A stretch of DNA of 64,000 nt, from assembly GCA_043747615.1 (NCBI GenBank), contig JAYTOU010000037.1, positions 32,001-96,000 of the forward strand, read 5' to 3'. Numbering within the stretch: the first letter of the stretch is position 1; each line of letters begins with the position of its first letter. The translations under genes and the position numbers were made by a program. The stretch is from Myxococcales bacterium (GTDB taxonomy: Bacteria; Myxococcota_A; Polyangia; Polyangiales; Polyangiaceae). Shown here in pieces: positions 55,535 through 64,000 of this stretch. The notes under the pieces are model-generated. The model was given only the letters and a program-made list of their open reading frames with translations, did not search any database and was not told the origin of the DNA.

Positions 55535-56440
55535 CTACTTTGTCCACCGACCTGCGAGTGCGGTTGACCCGCCCATGCCATAGGAAATCGTAAAATCTGC
55601 AGGGCCTGCTGCGTTGGTGTTGCGAAAGGAGAAGTCCGGCGCGACGAAGAATCCGACGGTGTCGATCCCCTTTGCCGTCCAGTCGCCGGCGATCGGCATT
55701 CCACCGCCGACGCCGAACGTGAAGACCGGAACGTTCGTCGCCGGATTGGCATCATTCGAGTTCTTCAAGAAGAAGCTCCCCTCGCTGAACCCGTACAAGC
55801 CGACGGTGTCGATGCCGTCTCCGTCCCAGTCACCGGCGAGCGGAAAGAAGATGCCCGCGTCGCTCGCGCCGAAGATGAACGTCGTGTCGGCGCCGCTGAT
55901 CTGCAGGTGAAAGCTCGCCGTCGTCGGATCGTACACGCCGACAGAGTCTTTCCCACTCTTGGTCCAGTCACCGTGCACGGGCAGACTCCCTAAGCCCGGG
56001 ACGCCGAACACGATGGTGGTCGTCGGGCTTCCATTGGTGTTGGAGTTCCTGAGGAAGAAGGTCGAGGTGGTCGGGTCGTAGCTGCCGATGGTGTCGACGC
56101 CATCGCCGTCCCAGTCGCCGACGATCGGCACAACGCCGCTCGAGGCGAGGGTCGCCGTCACTTCCTCCGGTGACGCAGTGCTCGTGCGCAGATGGAACGC
56201 GAGCATCGGCGCAGACAGCTGCGCAAATCCGATGCTGTCGCGGGGACCGCCCCCACCGTCGGCTGAGCCGTCGCCGAGAATGCTTCCGTCGGAGCTCATC
56301 ACATGACCATCCGCGGTGGCCCCACCGTCCGTACCTGGGCCTGCTGCCGTCGCTTGGTCGGTGCCGCATCCCGCGCAGAACGAGCTCGCGGCGAGTGAGA
56401 GCCCCACGGCAAGCGGATGTGGCGAGCGAACGCGGTGCAT
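55535..56440 (-). CDS. Lipoprotein with GDWDGDG (FG-GAP/VCBS-like) repeats
   Basis: Lipobox-like CAGC; repeated P..GDW.G.G.D..G.Y units with F.LRN.N. Confidence 0.8.
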   Translation of the reverse strand: MHRVRSPHPLAVGLSLAASSFCAGCGTDQATAAGPGTDGGATADGHVMSSDGSILGDGSADGGGGPRDSIGFAQLSAPMLAFHLRTSTASPEEVTATLASSGVVPIVGDWDGDGVDTIGSYDPTTSTFFLRNSNTNGSPTTTIVFGVPGLGSLPVHGDWTKSGKDSVGVYDPTTASFHLQISGADTTFIFGASDAGIFFPLAGDWDGDGIDTVGLYGFSEGSFFLKNSNDANPATNVPVFTFGVGGGMPIAGDWTAKGIDTVGFFVAPDFSFRNTNAAGPADFTISYGMGGSTALAGRWTK

Positions 56441-56523
56441 TCGTAAGCTTCGCACGACTGGGCTAACTTCGCTCGACAGACCTTCGCTTCTCGCGGCGGG
56501 TCGTTCGTAGTATTCGTCGCCCC

Positions 56524-57159
56524 ATGAACAAACGTTGGGTCGGTAGAACCATGGTCGCAGCACTCACGGCCGTTTCCCTCGCTCCGTTCGCGTGCGGCGG
56601 AAGCCCCAAGCCCTCGCCGACCCCGCCTCCGCAAGGCTCGGGAATGGCGAGCGCGCCTCCGATGATGAGCGCGCCCCCGATGAACAGCACGCCTCCGATG
56701 GCAACCGCTACCGCCTCCGCGCCGCCGATGGCCTCGGCACCTGCGCCGGCATCATCCGCACCGGCCGTCCCCTCTGCCGTAGTCACCGCCCTCATGTCGC
56801 CGCTCGCCTCGAAGTTTGCGCCCGGCATGCAGCCGGAAGGTCAGCCTCTGGTTGCGAACCTCGCCGAAGGTCAACACGCCGAGATGACGGTCAACATGAT
56901 CGCGGGCAAGTGCTACACGGTCATCGGCGCTTCCCCGGCAGCGTTCGGCGTAAAGACCCTCGAGCTCAATCTCCTCACGCCCCCCTTCTTCACCATGTCT
57001 GCCGGCAAATCCTCATCGAAGACGAACGAAGCGGTCATTGGCGGCGGTACGAACCCGACCTGCCCGATCACGCCGTTCCCTGTCCCCTACAAGATCGACG
57101 TCCTCGCCAAGAGCGGCGCCGGTCCGGTCGGCGTGCAGGTCTACTCGAAGAACAAGTGA
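56524..57159 (+). CDS. Myxobacterial-type lipoprotein with Pro/Met/Ala-rich linker
   Basis: Lipobox PFAC; SAPPM repeats; APGM..GKCYTVIG domain; biased codon usage. Confidence 0.8.
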   Translation: MNKRWVGRTMVAALTAVSLAPFACGGSPKPSPTPPPQGSGMASAPPMMSAPPMNSTPPMATATASAPPMASAPAPASSAPAVPSAVVTALMSPLASKFAPGMQPEGQPLVANLAEGQHAEMTVNMIAGKCYTVIGASPAAFGVKTLELNLLTPPFFTMSAGKSSSKTNEAVIGGGTNPTCPITPFPVPYKIDVLAKSGAGPVGVQVYSKNK

Positions 57160-57238
57160 GCCTCGACGACACGGCATGAGGCGCAAGTGGGGGGGCAACG
57201 GGTTCGTCTTCACCCACGGGTGAACGTGCGGCGCTCGG

Positions 57239-57463
57239 TCAACGCCCGTCTTCCCAGCGTTTGGAGAGCGAGAATGCGCGGGCGAGCGAGATGCGGTCGC
57301 GGTAGCTTGGCTCGCCACCGACCAGGGCGCTCGGAGGAGTCGACTTTGCGACGAGCGCCGTGAGCGTCTCTTCCGGGATCTCGAGGGTGACCCGTTCCGC
57401 TACGCCGAGCGGATCTTCGTTTTCGTCCAGCACTACGTCTACATCGAGCAGAAAATTCGACAT
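57239..57463 (-). CDS. Small hypothetical protein
   Basis: GGAGATAGAGG upstream of ATG; acidic 74-aa ORF filling a gap. Confidence 0.4.
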   Translation of the reverse strand: MSNFLLDVDVVLDENEDPLGVAERVTLEIPEETLTALVAKSTPPSALVGGEPSYRDRISLARAFSLSKRWEDGR

Positions 57464-57617
57464 GAGACCTCTATCTCCGAATGACGCACTTCGTTCTTTT
57501 GCATTCGGCGCGCCACTCAAAAACACCGGAAAACAGGGCTCGCTCGCCTAACGTCATTGGTGCATGCCGCCTCGCCCGCGCACTGACGCCACGGCGGAAC
57601 CCTACGCAAAGGTGGAC

Positions 57618-58826
57618 CTAGCTCGCCGCCAGTACGCCGAGCTTCTTACCGACCTTGGTGAAGGCGGCGACCGCGCGATCGACGTGCTCCGGCGTGTGTA
57701 CCGCCGAGAGCTGAACGCGGATGCGAGCCTGCCCTTTGGGAACCACCGGGAAGTAGAAGCCTATGACGTAGATGCCTTCGCTCAGCATGGCTGCGGCCAT
57801 TTCCTGGGCAAGGCGGGCGTCGCCGAGCATCACCGGGACGATGGGATGAAACCCGGGCTTCAGCGTGAATCCCGCGGCCGCCATCTTGGTGCGGAATGCC
57901 TGCGCGTTCGCCATCACCTTGTCGCGGAGGTCGCTCGTCGACGACAGAAGCTCGAGGACGGCGATGGACGCGCCGACGATCGGGGGCGCGAGGGTGTTCG
58001 AAAAGAGGTAGGGCCGCGAGCGCTGGCGGAGGAGGTCGATGATCTCTTTTCGCCCGGTGGTGAACCCCCCAGCGGCGCCGCCGAGCGCCTTTCCGAGGGT
58101 CGAGGTGATCACGTCGACGCGCGCTTGCACCCCGCAGTGCTCGGGCGTGCCGCGGCCGGTCTTCCCTACAAAACCCGTGGCGTGGCTATCGTCGACCATC
58201 ACCATGGCGTCGTACTGGTCGGCCAGATCACAGACCCGCGCGAGGTTGGCGGTCGTCCCATCCATCGAAAAAACACCATCCGTTGCGATCATGCGGAGCC
58301 GCTTGCCTTGGGTCGCCTGGAGAGCCTTCTCGAGCTCTCCCATGTCTCCATTGGCGTAGCGGTGACGCTCGGCCTTGCAGAGGCGAATGCCGTCGATGAT
58401 CGAAGCGTGATTGAGAGCGTCGGAGATGATCGCGTCTTCTTCGCCGAGGAGCGTCTCGAAGAGCCCGCCGTTGGCGTCGAAGCACGACGAGTAGAGAATG
58501 GCGTCTTCCGTGCCCAAGAACGCCGAGATCTTGCTTTCGAGGGTCTTGTGCGCGTCTTGGGTACCGCAGATGAAACGCACCGATGACAGGCCGTAGCCGT
58601 AACGGTCGATGGCTTCGCGCGCGGCGCGTACTACCTGAGGGTGGGATGAGAGCCCGAGGTAGTTGTTCGCGCAAAAGTTGAGGACCGGCGCATCGCTGGC
58701 CGCTTGACCCACGACGCGTACTTCGGCGCCCTGAGGTGTGGTGATCAGCCGCTCTTTTTTCTCGAGCCCCGCGTCGCGGATCTCCGTGAGCGTCTGCGAG
58801 AAGATCTCTTTTGCTCTGCCGTACAT
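57618..58826 (-). CDS. kbl: Glycine C-acetyltransferase (2-amino-3-ketobutyrate CoA ligase)
   Basis: [51 protein letters not shown]. Confidence 0.97.
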   Translation of the reverse strand: MYGRAKEIFSQTLTEIRDAGLEKKERLITTPQGAEVRVVGQAASDAPVLNFCANNYLGLSSHPQVVRAAREAIDRYGYGLSSVRFICGTQDAHKTLESKISAFLGTEDAILYSSCFDANGGLFETLLGEEDAIISDALNHASIIDGIRLCKAERHRYANGDMGELEKALQATQGKRLRMIATDGVFSMDGTTANLARVCDLADQYDAMVMVDDSHATGFVGKTGRGTPEHCGVQARVDVITSTLGKALGGAAGGFTTGRKEIIDLLRQRSRPYLFSNTLAPPIVGASIAVLELLSSTSDLRDKVMANAQAFRTKMAAAGFTLKPGFHPIVPVMLGDARLAQEMAAAMLSEGIYVIGFYFPVVPKGQARIRVQLSAVHTPEHVDRAVAAFTKVGKKLGVLAAS

Positions 58827-58830
58827 GGGA

Positions 58831-60006
58831 TCAGCCGTTCGGGAATCGGAGGACGACCTTGGGATGCGTCTTGATACGCTGCTCGAACGTTCCGGGCTCG
58901 AAATCAGGGAGATCGGTGACGGTACCGACTCCTTTGTTCAAGATCACTTCCCACACTTTGTCGTGGATGTTCGGGTCGCGGTTTTCGAGAAGATGACGGG
59001 TGATGTGCCAGGTCTCGAAGATGCGCCGCCCGACCACGGAGTGAAGCGAGATGCCGTCGACGATGACCCGGTCGAACCCTTCGATGATCTGATCTCCGCT
59101 CTTCAAGCCGAAGAGGATGACGTCCCCTCCCCGGCGCACGCAGGCGATGGCGTTGTTGACCGACGACGGCTGTCCGCTCATCTCGAGTGCGACGTCGACG
59201 CCGACTCCATCGGTCAAGGAGCGCACCTCGCGGGCAAGCTCCGGGTCATGCGTGTAGGCTCCGGCCTCGAGATTCTTTGGGCTCAGAACGTGATCGGCGC
59301 CGAGCTCGCGGGCCATGTCCACGTGCGTGGGCATCGGCTCGACACCGATTACCTGACGAGCGCCGAGGGCCTTGGCCACCGCGACGGCGAAGAGGCCGAT
59401 GGTGCCGCAGCCGATGATGGCCACGCGCTTGCCGCGCAAATTCACCTTGGTGCACGCGTGAACGGCGTTACCGAAGGGCTCCTGGAGAGCGGCAACTTCC
59501 GGGCGAATGCGCCGCAGGTCGGTGCGCCACAGCGCGCGGGCAGGGAGCTTCACGTACTCCGCGAAGCAGCCGTCGGTCGAGATCCCGATGATCAAGTTGT
59601 CGGCGCACACGTGGGCGTCGCCGGTGCGGCACTGGTAGCAAGTCCCGCACACGATGTGACTCTCGGTGGAGACCACGTCGCCCGGCTGGTAGCCGAACTC
59701 GCGCGCAGCGGAGGAGCCCACGGAGACGACCTCCCCGAGGAGCTCGTGGCCCATGACACGGCGATTCAGGTGATCGCGATCGAGCCCCTCGGCGATCATG
59801 TCTCCGAACGCGCGACGGAACCAGATCCCGCGGTCGCTCCCGCAGAAGCCGGCGTAGCGGGTGCGGATCATCACCATCCCGCTGTCGGTGTAGTTCTTGG
59901 CCTCGTCGAGCGTTGGCCGCTCCACTTCGGTTCGCCGCATGCCCGTGCTTTTTTCCCACGGATCGGTCGTCCGATCGTACGTGAGCGCCCACATCGAATC
60001 GCGCAT
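58831..60006 (-). CDS. tdh: Zn-dependent L-threonine 3-dehydrogenase
   Basis: [38 protein letters not shown]; adjacent to kbl. Confidence 0.9.
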   Translation of the reverse strand: MRDSMWALTYDRTTDPWEKSTGMRRTEVERPTLDEAKNYTDSGMVMIRTRYAGFCGSDRGIWFRRAFGDMIAEGLDRDHLNRRVMGHELLGEVVSVGSSAAREFGYQPGDVVSTESHIVCGTCYQCRTGDAHVCADNLIIGISTDGCFAEYVKLPARALWRTDLRRIRPEVAALQEPFGNAVHACTKVNLRGKRVAIIGCGTIGLFAVAVAKALGARQVIGVEPMPTHVDMARELGADHVLSPKNLEAGAYTHDPELAREVRSLTDGVGVDVALEMSGQPSSVNNAIACVRRGGDVILFGLKSGDQIIEGFDRVIVDGISLHSVVGRRIFETWHITRHLLENRDPNIHDKVWEVILNKGVGTVTDLPDFEPGTFEQRIKTHPKVVLRFPNG

Positions 60007-60026
60007 GACGCGCACGTTAGCAGGGA

Positions 60027-61157
60027 TCAGCGGAGATCGTCGACCACCGCAAGCATTGCCTCGAGGGTCTCAGCGCCGAGTTTTTTACATCGCTCGGGTG
60101 ACCAGCCCACGCCGGGATCGGGGCGGTCGGCGCTGTCCTTGAACGGCATTTCGATCGTATATGACAGGCAGTCGAAGGCCTCACCGACGTAGTTGCCCGC
60201 GCAGCGCAGATCGCCTTTTCCGGGCGCGTCTTTGGGGTAGCCCTCCTCGACTTGGAAATCGTCGCTCGCCTCGAGCATCGCTGCGCTGAACGCGTCCTCG
60301 AGCTCTTCGATGCGACCGGTGTAGTGGGGGTTGCCTTCGGCGCCGGCGAGGAAGACGTGCGGCTGGTGCTCGTCGCCGTGGACGTCGAGAAAGAAGTCGA
60401 CCCCCGTAGCGTAGAGCGCGCTTCGCACCGCAACGACCTCCGGACTCTTGTTCTCGTCAGCGTCCCACCACATGCGGTTGAGGTCGAGGCCAGCGGCGTT
60501 GGTTCGGTGGTTGCCGAGCTCGGCGCCATCCGGGTTCATGCGCGGGACGACGTGCACGCTCGCGCGCCCAAGCAGCTCACGCACGACTTCGTCGTCGCCG
60601 TTCATGAGGCGCGTGATCACACCCTCTGCGAACCAGCCGCCCATCGGCTCTCCAGGGTGCTGGTGCGCAATGATCCAGAGCTGGCGTGTGTCTTCGCGCA
60701 CCTCACCGAAGTCGAGCACCGTCATGGGCTCGCGGCGCACGCTCGAGCCCAGGTTGCGAATACGCGCAGCTCCACTCGCCGCGGCGGCGCGCACGAGCTG
60801 CTGATGACGGAGCCGGGGGTACGGCGCAAAATAGGCGTACGTGACGTCGTCCTCTTCGGCGCGGTGAATGATGCGAAGCTCCCCGCCGTCGAGCTCGGTG
60901 GGTGCGCGGAACCAGCGCAGACCGTCGTACGAGGCGCAGACTTCGTAGCCATCGAACGCGTCGGCGTACGTGCAGTCGCCGGCGTTCATGATGCGGTACA
61001 CGCGCTCTTCGCCGCCCGCGCGCGTGGAGCGAAACGCGAACCACTGGCGGTGGTCGCTTGCTGCGCTGTCCGGGAGGATCGCGAGCCGAATGTCACGCGG
61101 ATCGCGCGCGGAGATGACCTCGATGCGGCCACCGTCGAAACGGGAATGGATCGGCAT
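60027..61157 (-). CDS. M14-type cytosolic carboxypeptidase
   Basis: FDGG.I, QWF.F, YAYFAPY, HQHPGE, NPDG..GNHRTN..DLNR, DVHGDE, EMPFKD. Confidence 0.92.
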   Translation of the reverse strand: MPIHSRFDGGRIEVISARDPRDIRLAILPDSAASDHRQWFAFRSTRAGGEERVYRIMNAGDCTYADAFDGYEVCASYDGLRWFRAPTELDGGELRIIHRAEEDDVTYAYFAPYPRLRHQQLVRAAAASGAARIRNLGSSVRREPMTVLDFGEVREDTRQLWIIAHQHPGEPMGGWFAEGVITRLMNGDDEVVRELLGRASVHVVPRMNPDGAELGNHRTNAAGLDLNRMWWDADENKSPEVVAVRSALYATGVDFFLDVHGDEHQPHVFLAGAEGNPHYTGRIEELEDAFSAAMLEASDDFQVEEGYPKDAPGKGDLRCAGNYVGEAFDCLSYTIEMPFKDSADRPDPGVGWSPERCKKLGAETLEAMLAVVDDLR

Positions 61158-61182
61158 GCGTTCTTTGCTCGACGAGACCGGA

Positions 61183-61986
61183 CTACAGCGAAAAGGTTAC
61201 CTTCGCGGCCGACGTGTTTGGGTTCGGAACCCTCATTTCCAGTACGACGGCTGCAAGGCAATCGACGGCGTCGTTACCTTCCGGCCCAGGTGGCGCAATG
61301 CCCACCGCGAGGATCCGACCGCGCAGATCGGGAGAAGGGGAAAGAGTACCTTTGGGCTTCGGGTGTTTCGGGCGCATATGCGGCGGCGGTTTCTTCGGTG
61401 CCGTGCCGCGCACGACGTACGCGGTGGCCTTGAACGCCCCCTGCACCTGCCCTCGGCACGAGCGGATCTTCGCTTGCCGTTCGAGGAGCTGCGCGGCGAT
61501 GCTGTCGGAGCCCCACGCTTCCTGAGCGGGGCTCCCAACCGGCGGGTCGAACTCGAAGCCGTTCTTCACCTCGGCCTCGCCCCCTTCGGGCCGCGGCCAC
61601 GCGATGCCCGTAGCTGCATGCATCATACATGCTTCGGCGTCGTGGTCTCCGAGGCTCGAGTCTTCGAGGTATGCGTACCGCGCCCTGCCATCTTCCCCAA
61701 TCCGGAGAACGAGCTTCACCGCTCCCCCGAGATAACGAATGCGCTTGAGACCGTCGATGTGACACTGCTGGAGCGCAGGGAGAAGCTGGTTGAAGGTCTT
61801 GGTCACGGCGCCGGGATCGATCGATCCGAGCTGCCCTCCGACGCGCATTTGCGGGGCAGCCGGCTGAGGGGGCGGGCTAGGCGCAGCGGCTTGTGGCGGC
61901 GCTTCCACGTGGTGCGCGGGGCCTCCACAACCAACCGAGACCAACGCGAGAAGAAGGCGCAGCGCGATCGCCTCCCGCTCGGTCAC
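61183..61986 (-). CDS. Lipoprotein with AgmX/PglI-like (TonB-C-like) domains
   Basis: Lipobox SVGC; LQQC..L.G.V..RIGEDG..SSLGD..EAC..WPRPEGG; GTGA overlap with menF. Confidence 0.7.
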   Translation of the reverse strand: MTEREAIALRLLLALVSVGCGGPAHHVEAPPQAAAPSPPPQPAAPQMRVGGQLGSIDPGAVTKTFNQLLPALQQCHIDGLKRIRYLGGAVKLVLRIGEDGRARYAYLEDSSLGDHDAEACMMHAATGIAWPRPEGGEAEVKNGFEFDPPVGSPAQEAWGSDSIAAQLLERQAKIRSCRGQVQGAFKATAYVVRGTAPKKPPPHMRPKHPKPKGTLSPSPDLRGRILAVGIAPPGPEGNDAVDCLAAVVLEMRVPNPNTSAAKVTFSL

Positions 61987-63488
61987 CGCCCGGGGTACTC
62001 GGACGGTCTCGGTTCGACGCCGAGAGCGCGAAGAAACGGTCCTTGCTTGAGCGAGGTCTCGGCGTACTCCGCGCCGGCATCGGAGTTGAGCACGATGCCC
62101 GCTCCCGTGAATACAAAGGCCATCTTGTCGCGCAGAACACCGGCGCGGATGGCCACAGCAAACGAGCCGTCGCCTTTGGCGTCGACCCAACCGACGGTGC
62201 CCGTGTACCAGCCGCGGGGAGCGATCTCGTGCGCCGCAATCCACTCCGCTGCCTCACGCGTGGGGGCTCCCCCGACGGCCGGCGTGGGGTGCAGCGCCAT
62301 GAGAATGTCGATCACGTGCGTTTGCGGCTGCAACGTGGCGGAGATCGCCGTGTTGAGGTGAAGGATGTTCCGGACCTTGCGGATCTGCGGATGCTTGTGG
62401 GCAATGATCTCTTTTGCAAGAGGAGCCAAGCTTTCGCGAATTTCGCGGACGACGAAGGCGTGCTCGCTGAGATCCTTCTCGCTGTTGAGGAGGCGCGTGG
62501 ACTGCCCCTCGAGACGGGGAACGTCCGAGCCGAGGGATTTAATCGTGCCCGCGAGTGCTTCGGTGACGAGCTCCACGCCCAGCTTCGTGAAGAGCGTCTC
62601 CGGGGATGCGCCGAGGAACGTGGCGTTGCCGCGGCGAAACGAGAAGCGAATGCAGCCCGGTTCGGCGGCGAGGCGCGTGACGACGTCCACGTCATCGATG
62701 GGATCCTCGAGGGTCACGTCACCCCGCCGCGCGGCCACGATCTTTTCGAACCGATCGCTGCCGATGGCGGCACGAATCGCGTCGATGTGACGGGTCCACG
62801 TGGCGAGATCGAGCTGGGCGATGCTCGTCGAGAGGATTGATCGCGCGGGCGGCGCAGCGGCTGTCGTGCCAGCAGCGGACGAGAGCGCCTCGAGAATGCT
62901 ATCGAGCTCTTCCATCATCCCGAGCCGAGCGCGGATGGACAAGTCGGCATCGGCTGGCGTCGCGAAGCTGAGAAACGCGGACTTCATATCTGCGCTCCGC
63001 GCGTAGACCCATCGGCCCATCGCCAGCGACGCGTCGGGGAAGCCTTCCCACGGCACACCGGAGAAGCCGGGCGCGAACGAAACTCCTCCGAACAGGCGCG
63101 GCGGTGGCGGCGCGATAACCGGCTGCACGTAGACCCGCAAGGAATCAAACAGCGCGCTCGTCTTCTCGCGAAGATCGCGGAGCCTCGACGGTCCCTCGAA
63201 ATTCAGGACGACCGCTGCACCGGTGGCAGCGAACGTCGCTCCGTTCGGGGGGTGCCAAAGCATGCTCATTTCGCGCGGGGTTGCGCGCAGAAACGCCTCG
63301 AGCGGCGCGACGGGCGCGGCCACCGTGATGACGCCGAGCCCTGATTTTCCCTCTAGGTCGGTGAGCGAGCGCGCGAAGAAGGTATGAAGCGCGTCGTCGT
63401 CGTTCAGGTCGTCGGCGGACACGTGCCCCATCGTCTGCGCCGCTCCGGGGACTGTCAAGGCCGCGCGCATTTCGCGCGTTGTCACCAC
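61983..63488 (-). CDS. menF: Isochorismate synthase
   Basis: [55 protein letters not shown]; divergent from menB; start uncertain. Confidence 0.88.
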   Translation of the reverse strand: MVTTREMRAALTVPGAAQTMGHVSADDLNDDDALHTFFARSLTDLEGKSGLGVITVAAPVAPLEAFLRATPREMSMLWHPPNGATFAATGAAVVLNFEGPSRLRDLREKTSALFDSLRVYVQPVIAPPPPRLFGGVSFAPGFSGVPWEGFPDASLAMGRWVYARSADMKSAFLSFATPADADLSIRARLGMMEELDSILEALSSAAGTTAAAPPARSILSTSIAQLDLATWTRHIDAIRAAIGSDRFEKIVAARRGDVTLEDPIDDVDVVTRLAAEPGCIRFSFRRGNATFLGASPETLFTKLGVELVTEALAGTIKSLGSDVPRLEGQSTRLLNSEKDLSEHAFVVREIRESLAPLAKEIIAHKHPQIRKVRNILHLNTAISATLQPQTHVIDILMALHPTPAVGGAPTREAAEWIAAHEIAPRGWYTGTVGWVDAKGDGSFAVAIRAGVLRDKMAFVFTGAGIVLNSDAGAEYAETSLKQGPFLRALGVEPRPSEYPGR

Positions 63489-63530
63489 TTACGCAACCAC
63501 GTCTACCTCGAAACACTCTACCATTTTGGA

Positions 63531-64000
63531 ATGGCGATCTTCAAAAGCGAGCGGTGGGTCAAAGTCGAAGGCTTCGAGCTTCAAGACATGACGTACCACC
63601 GCGCAATCGACCAGGGCACTGTCCGCATTGCCTTCAATCGCCCCGAAGTCCGCAACGCCTTCCGTCCGCAAACCACGGATGAGCTCTTTCGAACGCTCGA
63701 GCACGCCGGAAACCTGACCGATGTCGGCTGCGTGATCATCACCGGCAATGGTCCCTCCCCAAAGGACGGCGGGTGGGCATTTTGCTCCGGCGGCGATCAG
63801 CGAATCCGCGGCAAGGACGGCTACCAATACGTCGGCGCCGAGGGCGCTCCGGCCGGCAAGCTTGGACATCTGCGCATCCTCGAGGTGCAGCGCCTCATTC
63901 GATTCATGCCTAAAGTGGTGATGGCGGTCGTGCCCGGATGGGCGGTGGGCGGCGGCCACAGCCTGCACGTGATCTGCGATCTCACGCTTGCGAGCAAGGA
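63531..64000 (+). CDS. menB: 1,4-dihydroxy-2-naphthoyl-CoA synthase (partial, runs off window; absent from ORF track)
   Basis: MAIFKSERW..TVRIAFNRPEVRNAFRPQT..GNGPSPKDGGWAFCSGGDQRIRG..ILEVQRLIRFMPK..GGGHSLHVICDLT. Confidence 0.95.
   Translation, partial: MAIFKSERWVKVEGFELQDMTYHRAIDQGTVRIAFNRPEVRNAFRPQTTDELFRTLEHAGNLTDVGCVIITGNGPSPKDGGWAFCSGGDQRIRGKDGYQYVGAEGAPAGKLGHLRILEVQRLIRFMPKVVMAVVPGWAVGGGHSLHVICDLTLASK

Noticed and set aside
56641..56760. SAPPM-type repeats as a DNA repeat element
   Set aside because: Degenerate low-complexity protein linker typical of these lipoproteins
63489..63968. 159-aa minus-strand ORF
   Set aside because: Antisense to menB, which runs off the window and so is missing from the ORF track
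1..64000. Mobile elements, prophage, defence systems, tRNA/rRNA
   Set aside because: No transposase, integrase, phage or structured-RNA signatures recognised by eye; a covariance-model scan was not run

Overview
GC-rich bacterial window, most likely from a myxobacterium (Polyangiaceae-like). That call is inferred from the many Ala/Asp/Gly-rich lipoproteins, a MYXO-CTERM-like motif, an AgmX-like C-terminal domain, and a Hanks-type kinase plus PP2C. About 55 densely packed genes; no rRNA, tRNA, CRISPR array or transposase was recognised. Routine genes: Fpg/Nei glycosylase with FeS-type photolyase, diguanylate cyclase, Gre factor, M16 pair, nikR/tonB, UbiD, zwf, CLC-F, serA-like, tdh-kbl, M14 peptidase, menF and a partial menB. 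Three accessory loci stand out. (1) About 34.7-51.1 kb: a phosphotransfer island combining NTT-family (ATP/ADP translocase-like) carriers, an Omp85 barrel, an exported lipoprotein with a complete kinase-like motif set, two exported PAP2 phosphatases, a Zn-phospholipase-C-like protein, a DUF2252 kinase-like protein, a phytase-like protein and PP2C. This is a candidate extracytoplasmic phosphorylation system fed by a nucleotide carrier. (2) 23.4-27.1 kb: a four-gene translationally coupled operon around an atypical P1B ATPase (DFGTG motif, R-rich N-terminal motifs, GxxxG partner) resembling ferrosome (fez) clusters. (3) 17.7-22.1 kb: a GATase / ATP-grasp / GCS2 ligase operon with a divergent S8 peptidase. 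Two apparent deletion junctions (about 10.76 and 11.59 kb) and a frameshift (about 29.86 kb) may be real lesions or assembly errors. All family calls come from reading motifs by eye; no database search was run.
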